A model generated the notes under the pieces. That model was not told the origin of the DNA and did not search any database. It saw nothing but the letters and a program-made list of their open reading frames with translations. A stretch of DNA of 64,000 nucleotides from contig OZ024742.1 of NCBI GenBank assembly GCA_964016885.1, positions 289,912,001 through 289,976,000 of the forward strand. Direction: 5' to 3'. Shown in pieces: positions 38,818 to 53,027 of this stretch; positions within the stretch are counted from its first letter, which is position 1; each line of letters starts with the position of its first letter. The position numbers and the translations under genes were made by a program. This DNA is from Eledone cirrhosa (taxonomy: Eukaryota).

Positions 38818-41304
38818 CCTTCTTCCTGCTATATCAAGCGTTAACCTAATATATACCTTCCATATACTATACCGATTGTGTTGTTATTTCTGTTTACCTT
38901 TTACATACATACATATTTATGTGTGTGTGTGTGTGTGTATTGGTAAAGTTGATGTGACAAAAAGAATATGATTTACATTTAGTTTTGAAATTTTAAAACA
39001 TTTTTGCTGTACATATTTGTAAAATACCCATCCATTCACATTACATATCTGATTCCTCTTATACTTGGAGTTGTGTAGGTCCTTTCCAACTCAGCCTTTT
39101 TGCCACTTGTTGCATTCCTGTATTCTCATTTATGATATTCAGCACCCTTGCGTCAGTTTTCACTAAATCAGCCCTAGAGAATATTTTCAAATTATTTGAA
39201 AATCATAGGCTGTGTCTTTCATTGTAAATATGATAATGAAAGTGTTAAAGTGTTTATATTTATCTAAAAACCTTCATCAAAATTTTATGTAAGAATTGTT
39301 GTTAGTTATGTTCCAAACCCCAATCTAATAATGAGAAAGAAAACGAAGAAAGACAGATAAAAAAATTAAAACAAAAATATTCTCCAATGAGAAAGCCCCC
39401 CAAAAGCCACAATCATTCTAACTGCTAGGGCATGTGCCCCCTCCCAGTTGTCCTCCTCCAATCTACAAGAGTAGGCTCATTTATTTGGGCCATGCTCGCA
39501 ACTATTACCTTTCAACAAACTGGTTAAATGCTCCAGTGTGGTCAGACATAGACCATGAAAAAACACAAAGGTCAGTTGGTTGTAGATCACAGGTTCTCAA
39601 CCCATTTAGGCCAAATGCCCCCTTTTGTCCCTCGAAATCACGAAACGCGCCCCCCCCCCCCACCCTATTTTTCCATTTTTCAATATACTACTGATTTTGA
39701 TATCAGTAGATTATTAAAAAATTGATTAACAATATTCCAAAGATACCATTGCAGGCAGCTGAGAGTATAAATACATTCCTTGAAAGGAAATATATAAATT
39801 TCAAAAAAAGGAACATAAATGTTCTTTTTTATGAATAAGGACCAGTTGAATTTGTTATATTCCCACCAAGCGATACCAACTATTTTGAACATTTATACAA
39901 GAGCAACTCTGTCTATCCAAAGTGCTCTTATCTGGAAGAAAGTGGCAATTATATCATTCCAAAGCTTTCCAATTTTCCCTTTACTGAAACAGACAGAATA
40001 AATGTTGATATCTAACTTGATGTCCCCTCTGCTTTGTGAGCTTAGAGACCACGGAAGAAGATTTTCATGACCACGCGGGAGGGTATATTTATTAGTAAAT
40101 GGTAAAATATATACAACAAATGAGTAAGTGAATTGTAGTAGATGGTTTCCAGTCCAGTCAGACTGCAACTACAAATAAAAAAAAATTGTTAGTTTGCTTT
40201 GTAACAATAACATATCCAAGTTTTTGGATAAATCAACTTACTTTAACTTTGACCTCATTTCAATGGGACCCTTGAACTTTATGGAGTCTAGCTAACTCTT
40301 TGACGTCAGGCTGGATTTTCGTAAGATGTAGCCGGAGATCTCCACGTGTAATTACATTGTAGCGGTTGCGAGCCTTACTGTGCAGTCTGGAATAGGCAGA
40401 GCAAATCTCTTAGCCTCTACATGTAGGTGTGGAAATCGACATTGAATTTCCTCTTGCATCTAAAAAAGAGGTTCACCTATTTTAGGAAATCTAATTTTGA
40501 TCATGTCATCCGCTTGAAGTTCAATGAATTCTTCCTGAAATATAACGCCCAAATCATCGACATTAGCTATGAAGGGATCTGCTACCCACATTGGGATGTC
40601 CATCGGCAAAAGGTCGACAAACAGTTCTCCCATGTTGTCTTGTAGCGCATGGAGGTGAGCGGTATAAATTTGGAGTTGGTCATCGCTTACAATGTTTTGA
40701 ACATTGGCGACACTAGGAAAATTATAGAATTCCCGTCAACAAAGATTCCTTTCGATGACATTCAATTTGGCCAGGAATGTTTTCACAGCATTCCTTGCTT
40801 TAAGCAAAGTGATCTTCTTCCCCTGCAAAGCCAAAATGATGCTATTGCATTTGTCGACGATGTTGGTGAGGTAGGCGCAGTTTTGCCTCACATCGAGGGT
40901 TTTCTTGTACAGTTCTGTGTTGCGTCCTCGTAGAAACTCAATGATAGAGTCGAACAGTTCAAAGAAGTGAGTAAGGCAATTACCCTTTGAAAGCCACCTC
41001 ACTTCATTATGAAGGAGCAACTTGACGAATTCTTTGTCATTATGTTGGCACAGTTGCTGGAAAATTCGTTCATTGAGGAAATGCCGTTTGATAAAATTGA
41101 TGACATCAAGGGCCACCTGCAAGGACTTGCTCAGCGGCTTGCTGAGTTTCATCGCAGCCAAGTGTTGTCGATGAATGACACAATGAACAACAAATACAGA
41201 TAAATTTTCTTTCTTCAGAAGAGTGACAAAACCTTTATGTTGGCCGACCATTGCTCTTGCGTCGTCCGTAGCACATGATACAATGTGTGTTGTATTTGGT
41301 CCTA

Positions 41305-41826
41305 GCCACGGAGTAGGCAGACCCAGAAAAACCTGGGATGACTTGATAAACTCCGACCTCACACACTTACACCTCTCCAAGAAAATGTCACTGGACCGAG
41401 ATCTTTGCGCTACACAGTAATACAGAAGACCCGCCTTGCCTAAGTACAAAGCAAAACCTACAGTCAGTAGGCACCTCTAACAAAAATACACCCCTGTCCC
41501 ACTACCCCCACCCCATCCACACCACCCCTTCCAATGTAATGGTATGTTGGTACCACAACATCCAGTCCGAAACAAATGAGGTCGTGTAGGTGTCACGACA
41601 AAAAAACAGATAGTCCACACTGTAATGTGGCCGTGTAGGTAACACGGTAAAAACCTCCCAGTCCACACTGTAAACGTGGTTGGTGTTAGGAAAGGCATCC
41701 AGCTGTAGAAAACCCGCCAGACAGTCCTATACGAGCAAGACAACCAATCTTGCCTCAAGTGGGAAAATTCCCATCCAAACCCATGCTAGCGTAGAAGATG
41801 GACATTAAATGATGATGATGATGATG
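41305..41826 (+). mobile_element. RTE 3' end inserted in the hAT
   Basis: HGVGRPRKTWDDLINSD followed by 3' UTR and (GAT)n. Confidence 0.88.
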
Positions 41827-42200
41827 TATGTATTACCTGCCTGTGTTGTAGGTAGTCCTAGATGTATGTATTACCTTCTTATGTATTGTATGTGGTCCCA
41901 GCTGTATGTATTACCTGCTTGTGTGTTATATGTGGTCCTAGATGTGTGTATTACCTCCTTATGTGTTGTATGTGGTCCTAGATGTTTGTATTACCTGCTT
42001 ATGTGTTGCATGTGGTCCTAAATGTATGTATTACCTGCCTGTGTGTTGTATGTGGTTCTAGATGTGTTTGCTACCTCCTTATGTGTTGCATGTGGTCCTA
42101 GATGTGTGTATTACCTGCTTATGTGTTGTATGTGGTCCTAGATGCGTGTATTACCTGCTTATGTGTTGTATGTGGTCCTAGATGTGTGTGCTACCCGCTT
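41827..42200. repeat. 40-bp minisatellite (~9 copies)
   Basis: Unit TGTGGTCCTAGATGTGTGTATTACCTGCTTATGTGTTGTA. Confidence 0.9.
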
Positions 42201-42679
42201 CTGAGTTTTTTTTCTTTTTTTTTTGTAATATTATTTATACAATAGGGAATAAAATAGATCTACATAGTGTTAACTCATTATGGTTGAGTCAATAATTTCA
42301 GACATGAAATACATTGTTATCGGTGAAGGAAAAACAAGATTCTAACTGGTTACACTCGAAGTGTCCTTGACCCAGTTGACTGTGGGTTTTTCCATTGTTA
42401 GGATCTCAATTGCTGGTTAATGTCTAAACACGCCTGCACACCTGCTCACAGCTGCGGTCAGACCATAGTTATGCTATCTGCATACTCATTCAAATGCATT
42501 CACACTGGCTGTCTCAAAGACATACAAATATGGCTTATAAAACTTACCAAAGTAAAGAGCCTTTAAATGCCTCCCAAAGCCCCCCTCCCCCCTAACGCCC
42601 CCTTGCTCCCAAACGCTCCCCCGGGGGTGAATATGCCCCCCGTTGAGAACCTTTATTGTAGATGATGGACGCAATGTAT

Positions 42680-43990
42680 GCGTTCAACCACTTCTGCCCA
42701 ACCTTTTAGTAATAGCTTCTTCTCAACTCATTGAGTGGCCACCCTAGTCATTACCTCATCCCAGTTTTTGTCCATTTGGAGGTCTAAACCAATCCAGACT
42801 TCCAGCAATTTAATTGGTCTGTCTGTCCAGCACCCAGCAACACTGTTGGACGGCAAGAACTTGCCTCTCTAGGTCCCAAGTTGCAGTACCACCGACTTTT
42901 TCTGATTAATTTTTGCTCCTGTTATTACTTTGTATTCCTCAAGAGCAGTGCCAATCAACTCAGTATATTTGCTGCTTCACATCACTACAGTGATGTTGTC
43001 AGCATATGCTGACACAGATTTCTCACATTGTAGTTAGCACGGGATGCCCATCAATGTATCCAATTTGCGTATTAGTGGCTCGAGAGTCAACACATACAAT
43101 AGAGATGAGAGGACATCCTTGGCAGACTAAGTGCATGACATTGAATGGTTTCAACAGATGGCCATTCACTCTGACCACAGAACAGATGTCACTGCATTTC
43201 AGCGATCCATCCTTTGAAAACAGGCCTCAAGCTGGCTGCCTTGAAAACTGCTGCCAGGTACTGATGGTTTACCCTATCAAACATTTTCAATTGATCTAAG
43301 TTGATCAGAGCCCCACCGCTGACAGGTTAGACATCCTCTCTATGATGTATTGATAAGGTGGAGGTTGTCATGACTGGATCTGCCCAAAATGGTGCATGTT
43401 TGTGCCTCTCCTATCAGACCACCGATGACAAGTGCCAACCTTGTCGTTAACACCTTGGCCAAAATTTTAAATTCTGAGTTATGGGTTGAAAATATCTACA
43501 TGGTCCCCCTTGTTCAGGTCCTTTCTCAGAAGCATCACCACTCCTTGGCTCTCAGAACTGGAAAGTCTCCCATTCTGCTGTCAGTGGCCTAGGCATCCGC
43601 TAAGATGTCACCAAACAATTCTGGCATGTTTGTGTAAAGTTCATAGAGCAGACCATCCAAGCCAGGCAATTTGCCCCATATGTAGCCAGCCATTTTGTCC
43701 CATACTTCAACTGTTATCAACTTTTGCAACACTCTGCCTCCCTCACTGAGAGCTGCGCCAGGCCATCAAGGTTGGCACTGAAGTCCATCTTTTGGTCTGC
43801 TACCACTTCTGAACATCAGAGCAAAGTGTTGCTGAAAAACCATACATATCTGCTTGGGATCAAGTACCCTCTGCTTGTGACCCACCAAAGACAAAGTTAT
43901 GCCTTTGTTGTGATGTTACTCTTCCACCACTTGGGTCCATTGAACGGCTTTTGTTCCATCATGTCTAAGAGCATGCTTCCTAGTTCTGAC
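42680..43990 (-). pseudogene. degenerate L1/Tx1-clade RT
   Basis: Remnants QGCPL, SAYAD, TGAKINQKKS. Confidence 0.6.
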
Positions 43991-44049
43991 AATGTAGCCT
44001 TCATGCTTCCTGTTGTATTACAAACAGGCATGAAAAATTGCAGCAGAGA

Positions 44050-44930
44050 CAGTAAAGGCTTCCAAAGTTAAGACATGGGAGAACTTGGAGATTAAGCTGG
44101 ATCTGACTTTAGATCAGCAAATAAAGTATTTTGGCGGACCATCCGCCAACTCCAGAATAAGAAGTCCCCCACACCTGCTATCAGGAATGCATCTGAAGTT
44201 CTTCTTTCTTCAGAGAGATACATCCTTGCGAGGTGGAGAGAATACTTTGCTGATTTTCTAAACCTGATAACAATAGCATCTTCTGATGTACATGAGGTGC
44301 ATTTAGGAGCGATGACTAACCTCTCTGAGGCTGAGGTAACCAGAGCAATTAAAGAGCTCAAATGTGGTAAGGCTTCTGTGGAGGATGAAATTTGGCCCAA
44401 GATGTTAAAATCCTTAGAGAAGGTGTTCTCTGGTTGATTTATATGTGCCAGGTGGCCTGAATCTCTGGAAAGGCATTTAAGCAATGGCAGTTAAGAGTGA
44501 TAAGCCCAATTTTCAAGAAGTGAGACCGTAGGGATTGCTCTAATTACAAAGGGATCTCCTTGTAAAGCCTGCCCAGTAAAATCTATGCTACAGAGATCTA
44601 GAGATATTTTCGAGTTCAAACTACCTGATGAACAAATATTCACATTGCAGTAGGTCTTTGAGAAATGGTGGAAGTATTGCCAAGAGGTGTATGTCTCTTT
44701 TACAAGCCTTGAAAAGGCACAGAGCAGCACCCCAAGGAACCTTTTGTGGAAGATTCTGCAAGAGTATTGGATCGATGAACAACTTCTTGTTGCCCTGAAA
44801 TCTCTACAGTTTTTATGTTTGGATAAATGGAGCTAAGTAAAAACTATTCAATATAGGTGTCACACTCCACTTGGCGAGGGTGCATATTGTCACCTCTCCT
44901 GCTCTTAATCTTCATGAGCAAGATTGACAT
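44050..44930 (+). pseudogene. ancient RTE-clade RT relic
   Basis: Remnants ILARWREYFADFLN and DCSNYKGISL. Confidence 0.55.
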
Positions 44931-45558
44931 GCACAGCCAGATTGGAAGTGGTATCAAGACTGACAAATGTAGGGTCAGTTAGAAATGGTTGCTTCTGACT
45001 GGACCTGAAGGAAGGTATGCTTGTAGACTCTGCCCCACTCCTTATACAGCTGTCACCCTCCATACATAACCCTTCTTTCAGCTCACTCATGTCACACATC
45101 CATGTTTACTTTCAGAATCACAATGCTTGTATTTGTTGACATATCACCAGTCCAGACAGCTCAGTCCTGTATTATCTCCTTCAGTTTCTTCACAACTTTG
45201 CCTCATGTCCTTCTAGGTCTCCTCTTTCACAGATTCTATCCATTTTAAGTGCATGTCTCTTTTTTTTATACTCTCACTCTTTTTATGCATCATATGACCA
45301 TACCAGTGCAATAATTTCTCTGGTAGGCTACATTCAATTCCTTTTATAGAAGAGGAGCTGAAAGCCAGCAGTTTAGTTAAGGGGGCAGTGCAAGCAATTA
45401 GGGAAGATGGAGAAGCTTGTTTTGGGGCTGCAAGGCTAACTTCTGATTTTGCAGAAAAATAGCCTTAAAATAGTTGTTAATTGTAAATGAATTTATAAAA
45501 CCTTTATATCCTAATTCCTTTTTTTTTTTTACTTTCAGTTTTGGATGCCTTTGGAAAT

Positions 45559-46322
45559 ATGGCATTTGGCTGGCCCCAGAACATTCCTGACACTCTTCAG
45601 GAAATGTGTTTGAATATTTTTGTCAAAAACCCAGAGGCATTAGCCACTATTACAGAAGGTAATCGATACACTCTACGTCCTGGTATCTTTTTGCCGCAGG
45701 AAATATGTGAAGGACTTTTGAAAGCATGGCGAGAACGACCTGAAGAATTAACAGATAATATTCTCTACATTTTTGAAGACCCCACACGGACACGTCTTGC
45801 AAAGGTTAATCTTTCTCAAACTTCAGTAAGCAACGATGGGTTGGCTTATATTCAAAATCATACTCTCAGTGATCTCTGCCTTCTGTCATGTTCAAACATA
45901 GACCCGTCTCGTTTATTATTTGAAATGCTCAATACCTCAGGCTGTTCCTTACGAACACTGCAGCTTGGATTTAAGGATTTACACCAGAAGTCCTATTTCA
46001 GTGAACTTAAATACCAGATGTCAAATGGTGAAAAACATGTACATAATGATAAACTAACTATTTTTAACTGCCCTAACTTACAATGCCTCTCATTGAGAAA
46101 AGTAAGCTTTAAAAGTTGTCCGTTACTGCTGAATTCAGTGTTGATGCCATTGAATCGACTCACATTCCTTGATCTTTACCAGTGTGAGCTGAAACCAGAG
46201 TGCTTTGAATTCCTGAGCAATGTCCCCAAACTGCTGTCTCTCAGTCTGGCACAGGTTAATCTACCCAAAGACAAAATTGACAAAATTATAGATTCTATAT
46301 GCAAACATGTGAAAGGGTTAAG
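45559..46322 (+). CDS. ZER1: ZER1-like protein, first coding exon (acceptor at 45538/9)
   Basis: PDTLQEMCL (BC-box-like), LRPGIFLPQEICEGLL, LRR-like repeats. Poly-T..CAG acceptor and AG|GTAAGT donor (phase 2). Confidence 0.85.
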
Positions 46323-46344
46323 GTAAGTGTTTCTCATTATTATT

Positions 46345-47262
46345 ATTGTATCGGTAGAGTCGGACACCATGCTTTGCAGCATAGAATTACGTCCCTTTAT
46401 GTTCTGAGTTCAAATTCCGCTGAGGTTAGTTTTGCCTTTCCTCCTTATGGGGTCGATAAAATAAAATACCGGTAACACACTGGGGTTGATTTAATTGATT
46501 TTTTCCGCTCCCCTAAAATAGCTGGCAAGGTTAGTTATAACTATAATCCTTATGGAAATTGATAAAATAAAGTACTGGTAACGCATTGGGGTTGATTTAA
46601 TCAACTTTTTCCCCTTCCCTAAAATAGCTGGCCTTGTGCCTAAATCTGGAACCATTATTAATATTATTGAATCGGTAGAGCATCAGACAACATGCTTTGC
46701 GGCATAAAGTTACTGCCCTTTACGTTCTGAGTTCAAATCCCGCTGAGATTAGTTTTGCCTTTCATCTTTACAGGGGGTTCATAAAATAAAGTACCAGTAT
46801 TGTGCTGGGGTTGATTTAATTGACTTTCCCCTCTCCCCAAATTGCTGGCCTTGTGCCTATAGTAGAAATCATCATTATTGTTGTTGGGGCTGTAGGTTGG
46901 TAAAATCGTTAGAGCATCAGACAAAATGCTTTACAACATTTGTTCTGCATTCGTTATGCTATGAGTTCAAATCCCATTGAGGTCAACTTTGTTTTTCATT
47001 CCTCCAGGGTTGATAAAATAAAGTACCAGTAATGCACAGGGCTTGATTTAATCAACTTTTCCCCACCCCACAAATTGCTGGCCTTATGGCTAAATCAGAC
47101 CATTATTAATTAGGAACTATGGCCTTTTATGTTCTGAGTTCAAATCCCACCAGGTTAACTTGGCCTTTCATCCTTACGGAGTCGATAAAATAGAGCACCA
47201 GTAATGCTCTGGGGTAATTGCTGGCCTTGTGTCAAAAGTAGAAACATTATTATTATTATTAT
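46345..47262 (+). mobile_element. cluster of about 5 same-orientation tRNA-SINE copies (family of 9883)
   Basis: Repeated GAGTTCAAATCC..GCCTTTCATC..GATAAAATAAAGTAC..CTGGCCTTGTG with (ATT)n tails. Confidence 0.8.
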
Positions 47263-48270
47263 CTTTCTTTACTCACCATTTCGTTGTTTCTTTGCTGGCA
47301 TTTAGATTGCCAGATATCAAGCTGTTTCCTGCAGCTTTAGATATCCAGTACATTTTATATGGTTTTTGCTGTGCCAAACATACAAGCCTTCTGTAGAGTC
47401 AGGAAATTCACCTCAATATCCAACATCTTTAACCAACCACTCAAACTTCTAGTTACTGTCCCTAAAACTCCTATACAATTGGGGTGATAACAACCTTTTG
47501 GCAATTTCAGGTTCTCTGTATTTCATATTTCAAATCTTGGTACTTTTCTATTTTCTCACTTTCTTTGACTACCACTCTAGTATCAAATAGGCAACCAACA
47601 CCGATTAACCAACACCCTCTTTTTTCTTTATTAAATATAACAATGGCTGGGTGTTAATGCTCCATTTATTTATCTGTGAATCTTCATGTCCCATAATAAT
47701 TTTACATGGTTGTTTTCAAGGACACATTCTGATTTGTGGTCATCACACTTCTTCCTATGTTCAAATTCAAACTTTTTACACATTTACCAATGTGAAATTC
47801 TGACAATTTTGTCATTTCTCAAGTTCTTATAAAATTTTTGAACAAGCATCTCACATTCAGAGACCACGTATGTCACTGTCTCTTCTCTTTCACCCTACAT
47901 TCTATATGCCTCTAGGATGTTTTCTTTATCCATATACCTTCTGATATTTTCCTTTCTAATTGCCTGATCCTGTGCAGCTAAGATCAAGCCCTCTGTCTCT
48001 CTCTTCAGACCTTCCTTTTTTAGCCATTGGAATGATTTTTCATCTCGATATCCTTCAGTATTTTGGAAAAACTTTCCATGTAAGCTTTTCTGCTTATATT
48101 GTTGCTTTCTAGTTTTCAGCACTTCACTTTTTTCTTTTCCTTCACTTAGTATCTCTTCTCAAACTGCTATTAGGAGCAACTCTTCACAATCAGCAACATC
48201 AGGTTCTCTACTTCTATCTTCACACAGTCTTCTTCACTTATCAGCCCCTCCTCTCTCCCTTTTCTGTTGA
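47263..48270 (-). pseudogene. R4/Dong-like non-LTR 3' relic
   Basis: LHGKF..WLKK..LKRETEGLILAAQDQAI. The 3' end lies at (TAA)n. Confidence 0.7.
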
Positions 48271-49699
48271 AATATAGCAAACATTCCTAGATGGTGAACA
48301 GGTATGGTCACCTAGTTGCCGTTTATCAGATGTGTCTTTCAACAGCTCATCTCTTTGACTGAGCTATAGCCTTGAGTCAAGCAAAAACTGAGATTGGGTA
48401 CTTGACATCTGGAATATTGTCAGGCTTCTACCAATAAGGCAATGTGGTTAGTTGCAATTCAACATTAGTGTTCAAGGCAAGAGCAGCAACGTTCTTGGGA
48501 AAATTTTAGGCATCAACCAGAGTGAACTGACTGTTCTGTTCTTGAGGACTATTGGTACAGGGAATATGGATAATATAAAAAAATCCCTGGCCTGACAGTG
48601 CTACAGAGGAACACGGCTTGTTTGAGACAAACTCTTCAGATACAGATGTACTGTCAGACTGACTCTGTTCTGCATTCATTTGTCCAGTGTCCATGCATTG
48701 TTGACTTGTGGAGTTTTGCTAAACAGCTCTTGTTGCAAGTTAGTTAGGTCTCACTATTGGCCGACTCAATCTTGAAGATTACCCTGTTGCCTTCTGTTGA
48801 CCAGGAAGAGCAGGCAGTTTTCTTTTGTCTAATGGCTATGGCTAGAGGTTGTGTGGTGTGCATGACTGAAAGGACTGAAGACAAACACAGAAAATTGGCA
48901 AAGCTGGCAACATTTGTGCCATGAATGTACAAAGTCTTTTTATTAATATCCCACTAATAAAAAAAACTATAAACATAATCTTGAACATATATACACATTA
49001 TATAATAAAATCATCTAATTTACCAAGAAACACCCCTTTCATTACCATACTGCTAATGAAAGTTACGATTTTCAAAACATTTTGGAAATAATCAATAATT
49101 TAGAGGGATTTAGTATTATAAAGTCTTCTCTGGCCAAGCCCTCATCGACTTTCCAAGTTCCACTTAGAAAGGAAGGTTAGGGTGAAGATGGAAGTGCCCT
49201 CCCCTTCCATTATATTTGTTAAAAGGTAGATGAATATAGCAAGAATGGCCCAAGTGAATGAGCCTATTCTAAGCATGTTCCTGTAGGCTGGAGAGAACAG
49301 AGGGGTGATGTGCACTTGCCTATGGTGACTTTGGTAATCAGGGTGTTCTTGGATCTGTGGGGGTCCTTGAATACTCCTAGAGAATTCTGTTATTTATTTT
49401 TACTTTACCTGTTTTTATTTTATTTTATTTTATTTTATACTTGTTTTATGTAAATTGTCAGTATCCCTGATTATTTGTATTGTCCTTAATGTTTTTGGCC
49501 CCAGGAACCAAGAAAGGAATTGTTGCTGTTATTGTGAAGGCACATGGCACAGTAGTTAAGCTGTTCGGCTCATGATCGTAAAGTTGTAAATTTGATTCTT
49601 GACGTTTCTGAGATTAGGCCGAGCTGAGGACCACATCATTCTAATGTTCTATATTTCTATATTTTAACATGGTTTCTATAACTGGGTGCTCTTCTTAAT

Positions 49700-49930
49700 G
49701 CCAACCACTTTACAAAGTCTGCCAAGTGAATTTTATTGAAGCACACTCCTACCTGTTTACAGAGTGTACTGGGTACATCTTATTGTGGCACCAGCACTAC
49801 TAATTTACAGAGTGTACTGGGTGCATTTTATTGTGGCACTAACACTACCACTTTACAGAGTGTACTGGGTGCATTTTATTGTGGCACTACCACTTTACAG
49901 AGTGTACTGTGTGTATTTTATGGCAGACAT
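49700..49930. repeat. ~48-bp minisatellite (RTE-UTR-like unit)
   Basis: TTTACAGAGTGTACTGGGTGCATTTTATTGTGGCAC repeated about 4 times. Confidence 0.8.
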
Positions 49931-50559
49931 ATTTTTTAACCCACCATTAATATCCATGTCATTAAAATAACCAAGATATCTCCTAAGATAGCACTCAAGA
50001 TACATCTCATAGTCTGACTAAACTTACATAAGTGTGAGCTGTAACAATGACAACATATATGTGTGATAGGACTGGGCCTGCTATCATTGAAGCCCTGAAG
50101 AAACCTATGAGATACAACCTTGTAGCTGTAACAACAACAATATATCTATTATCTATCGATCTCTATATATATGTGTGTTTTTTTGTTGTTGTCATCTGTG
50201 CCTGAGATTACATCACATTTATATACAATGTCATTCATCAGGCATTTGTTTTCGAGTGGACACACTTCCTTATTGTGGCATTGCACAAGGCTCCTGTCCA
50301 GGGGTCGGTTTCGGAGGTAGTAGGCTTATTTAATTTAGTGGTGTTGAGGTTGGCTATATTCCTAGCTAAGTTTTATTGTATTCTTATTTAAAATAGTGTA
50401 GTATCTATGTTGTGTGGGGAAGTGTTTATTCAGCATTTTGAAGAAAGTCTTAGCTATTAGTGTAGATACTACCTCTTGGTTGAAGGAGTGGAGGGGGGGG
50501 GTTTGTACCAACTAATTTGCCTATGCCTATTTCTCCTAAGTGGTCTTGGGGTGTTTTCT

Positions 50560-51215
50560 AGATAGATAATCTTTTCTTTAAAGCCACTGTGGGCAAGGGC
50601 TTTGTTGTAATAAGGGGCAGAGGTACTAAAGATGTGTTCATTGGCTGAAAGACTGTAAATTCTAAGTGAGACACTGTTAACTAAATTATCAGTAATATTT
50701 TTGGGATGGTTTGAACTAACATCTATGTATCTAAGGGATTTGTTATGTTTGTAGTACTGGTAATAGAGGGAAGTATCTAAATCTAAAGTGACATCTAAAA
50801 TGTCATATTTGATTCTATGGTTATTCTGAAACCTCGATTACGGAAAGATGAGCATAAGTTTTTCCGAAACCCGTCAGTGGTTCTGGGGTTTACCTTGTGT
50901 AAAGTAAAAAGGTCATCGTCATGGTATAATCCTCCGGTCAGGCCTGTGAAAAGGTTCTTCAGGTGGTATAGGATATACAGGCCCACCAGATCGCTAACTT
51001 CTGTGGAGTCACTTGCTTCCATACTGACATCAAATGGAGTCTCAGACTTCTTGTTAATCCAGTAAGACCCTTTGTAGTATAAAAAGGTCTTATGGGCATG
51101 GAGGATCATGCCCTGCTCAGCATCAGTGATGGTGGTAAAATTCCTGGCAAAAGCAAGTACATCCTTCAGTAGAGGCTCTGAGATAGAAGCGTAGTAGTCT
51201 TCTATATCCAGTTGA
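50560..51215 (-). pseudogene. Penelope RT fragment
   Basis: Peptides QLDIEDYYASIS, SDLVGLYIL, GGLYHDD. Related to 6940-9414. Confidence 0.8.
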
Positions 51216-52990
51216 TAGATATATATATATGAGTTCCAACTCGTTACCAAGACTACTTAAAGTTTGTCTTGTTTTTGATTTTCATTTTCGTTTTTTTTTT
51301 CTCTTTACTGGACCTTTTTTCTGTTTCTCCATTGTGAACCTATTTCTATTTTGTACTCCTGAAGAAGGGCTTAAGTCCAACACATCGAACTTTCCTCTTT
51401 CCAATATAAAGTGTGAAACTAATAAGACTTTTTGTACCTTTGTTTGTTGTCTCCTTGAACTATATGTGTGTGTGATGGACTTGAAGTTCTATCATTGAAA
51501 CACCTGTGAAACCTAAGCTCATAAGAAGCCAGTTAAACCTGCACAGGTGTGAATTGTAACTAGAAACACACACACACTCTCTCTCTCTCTCTCGCTCTCA
51601 CTCTCTCTCTCTCTCTCTCGCTCTCACTCTCTCTCTCCCCTTCTCTCTCCCTCTCTCTCTCCATCTCTCCCCCCTCTCTCTCTCTCTCTCACTCTCTCTC
51701 TCTCTCAGAGAGAGTGATCAGTATAAGATTTGCAACTATGAACAAGATCACTACTGCTTTAAATTACACTACAATATGTAATTGTATTGCTTGAAACTTT
51801 GGTCACCATTTCTTCAGACATACAAATGCAGACTGTTTTAAAAACCATTCATAATGGGACTAGGGCCTCTATCATTAAAACACCCAAGAAACCTAGTATG
51901 AGCTGTAATTTTGTAAAAGAGGCCAGCTAAACCTATATATGTGTGAGCTGTAACATCATCATCATCACCATCATCGTATAATATCTATTTTCCAGGTTAG
52001 TGTGGGTTAGACAGGTTATCCTATTTGAGGCAAGTCAGGTCAAGTGACCATGTTTTGCTCATAAAACCTGTTTCTGGTTTGGTTTCTATGGCTGGATGTC
52101 CTTCTTAATGCCAACCTTTTATGCTAATTCCTGGAATTTTTATATTTCTATATCTTGAACCAGAAACCCGTGAAAGAGTTACTTGGAACTCTTTGACCAA
52201 ACATACACACGTAGACATCATACTGTCAGATATTTTATCACTTCTGTTGCACTAAGATGTGTGTTGTTAACGTTCTACTAAAGGTCGTTAGCTTTTTGAA
52301 GCATAATTACTCTAACTGATGATTAAAACTGAGTCAGCTTGTTGTGAGAATGACAACAGCATGAATAGGCTGATAAAAGAGTGATATATATCATTATCAT
52401 ATGTCTATCTTCCATGCTAGCATGGGTTAGATGATATATATATATATATATATATATAGCATGCATACAATCATACATATATATCCACATGCATACATAT
52501 CTACATACATACAAACAAACCTACATACATACATACGTATATCATTGTCAGTTTTACATCATTTTCCATGCTGGCATGGGCCATCACAGTCTGAGATAAG
52601 ACATGGTTGGATAACCAGGTATTACTCATGAGATCCATATTTTGGCATGCTTTCTATAGCTTGATCCTGTTGTATGATTAAAGTTGGTGTTCTTCATCTA
52701 GCTAATATTATCTTTCCTAATTATCCATTCATCATCATCATCGATTAATGTCTATCTTCCACGCTAGCATGGGTTAAACGGGTTTGTTCCATTTAGAGGC
52801 AAGTAGGTCGGGTGACCGTGTTTCGCTCATATAGGAGTGTTTCTTGCTGGTTTTCTATGGCTGGATGCCCTTCCTAATGCCAACCACATTAACAGTGTGT
52901 GCTGGGTGCTTTTTGCCGTGTCTTTTACATGATCACTTCACAGTGTGGGCTGGATGTTTTGTGGTACCAGCATAATATACATATACATAC

Positions 52991-53025
<35 letters not shown>

Positions 53026-53027
<2 letters not shown>

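Larger units (their letters stand above)
39588..42655 (-). mobile_element. hAT (Buster/Charlie-like) transposon relic
   Basis: TIR AGGTTCTCAAC / GTTGAGAACCT and 8-bp TSD TTGTAGAT. Peptides TDDARAM, HCVIHRQHL, EVRWLSKG. Confidence 0.85.

Noticed and set aside
40736-41449. 237-aa ORF as a novel fusion protein
   Set aside because: It is an accidental read-through from an antisense RTE tail into a broken hAT transposase.
51355-51400. CTGAAGAAGG hammerhead-like start beside the Penelope fragment
   Set aside because: The GAAA half of the core is lost. At most it is a dead pLTR relic.
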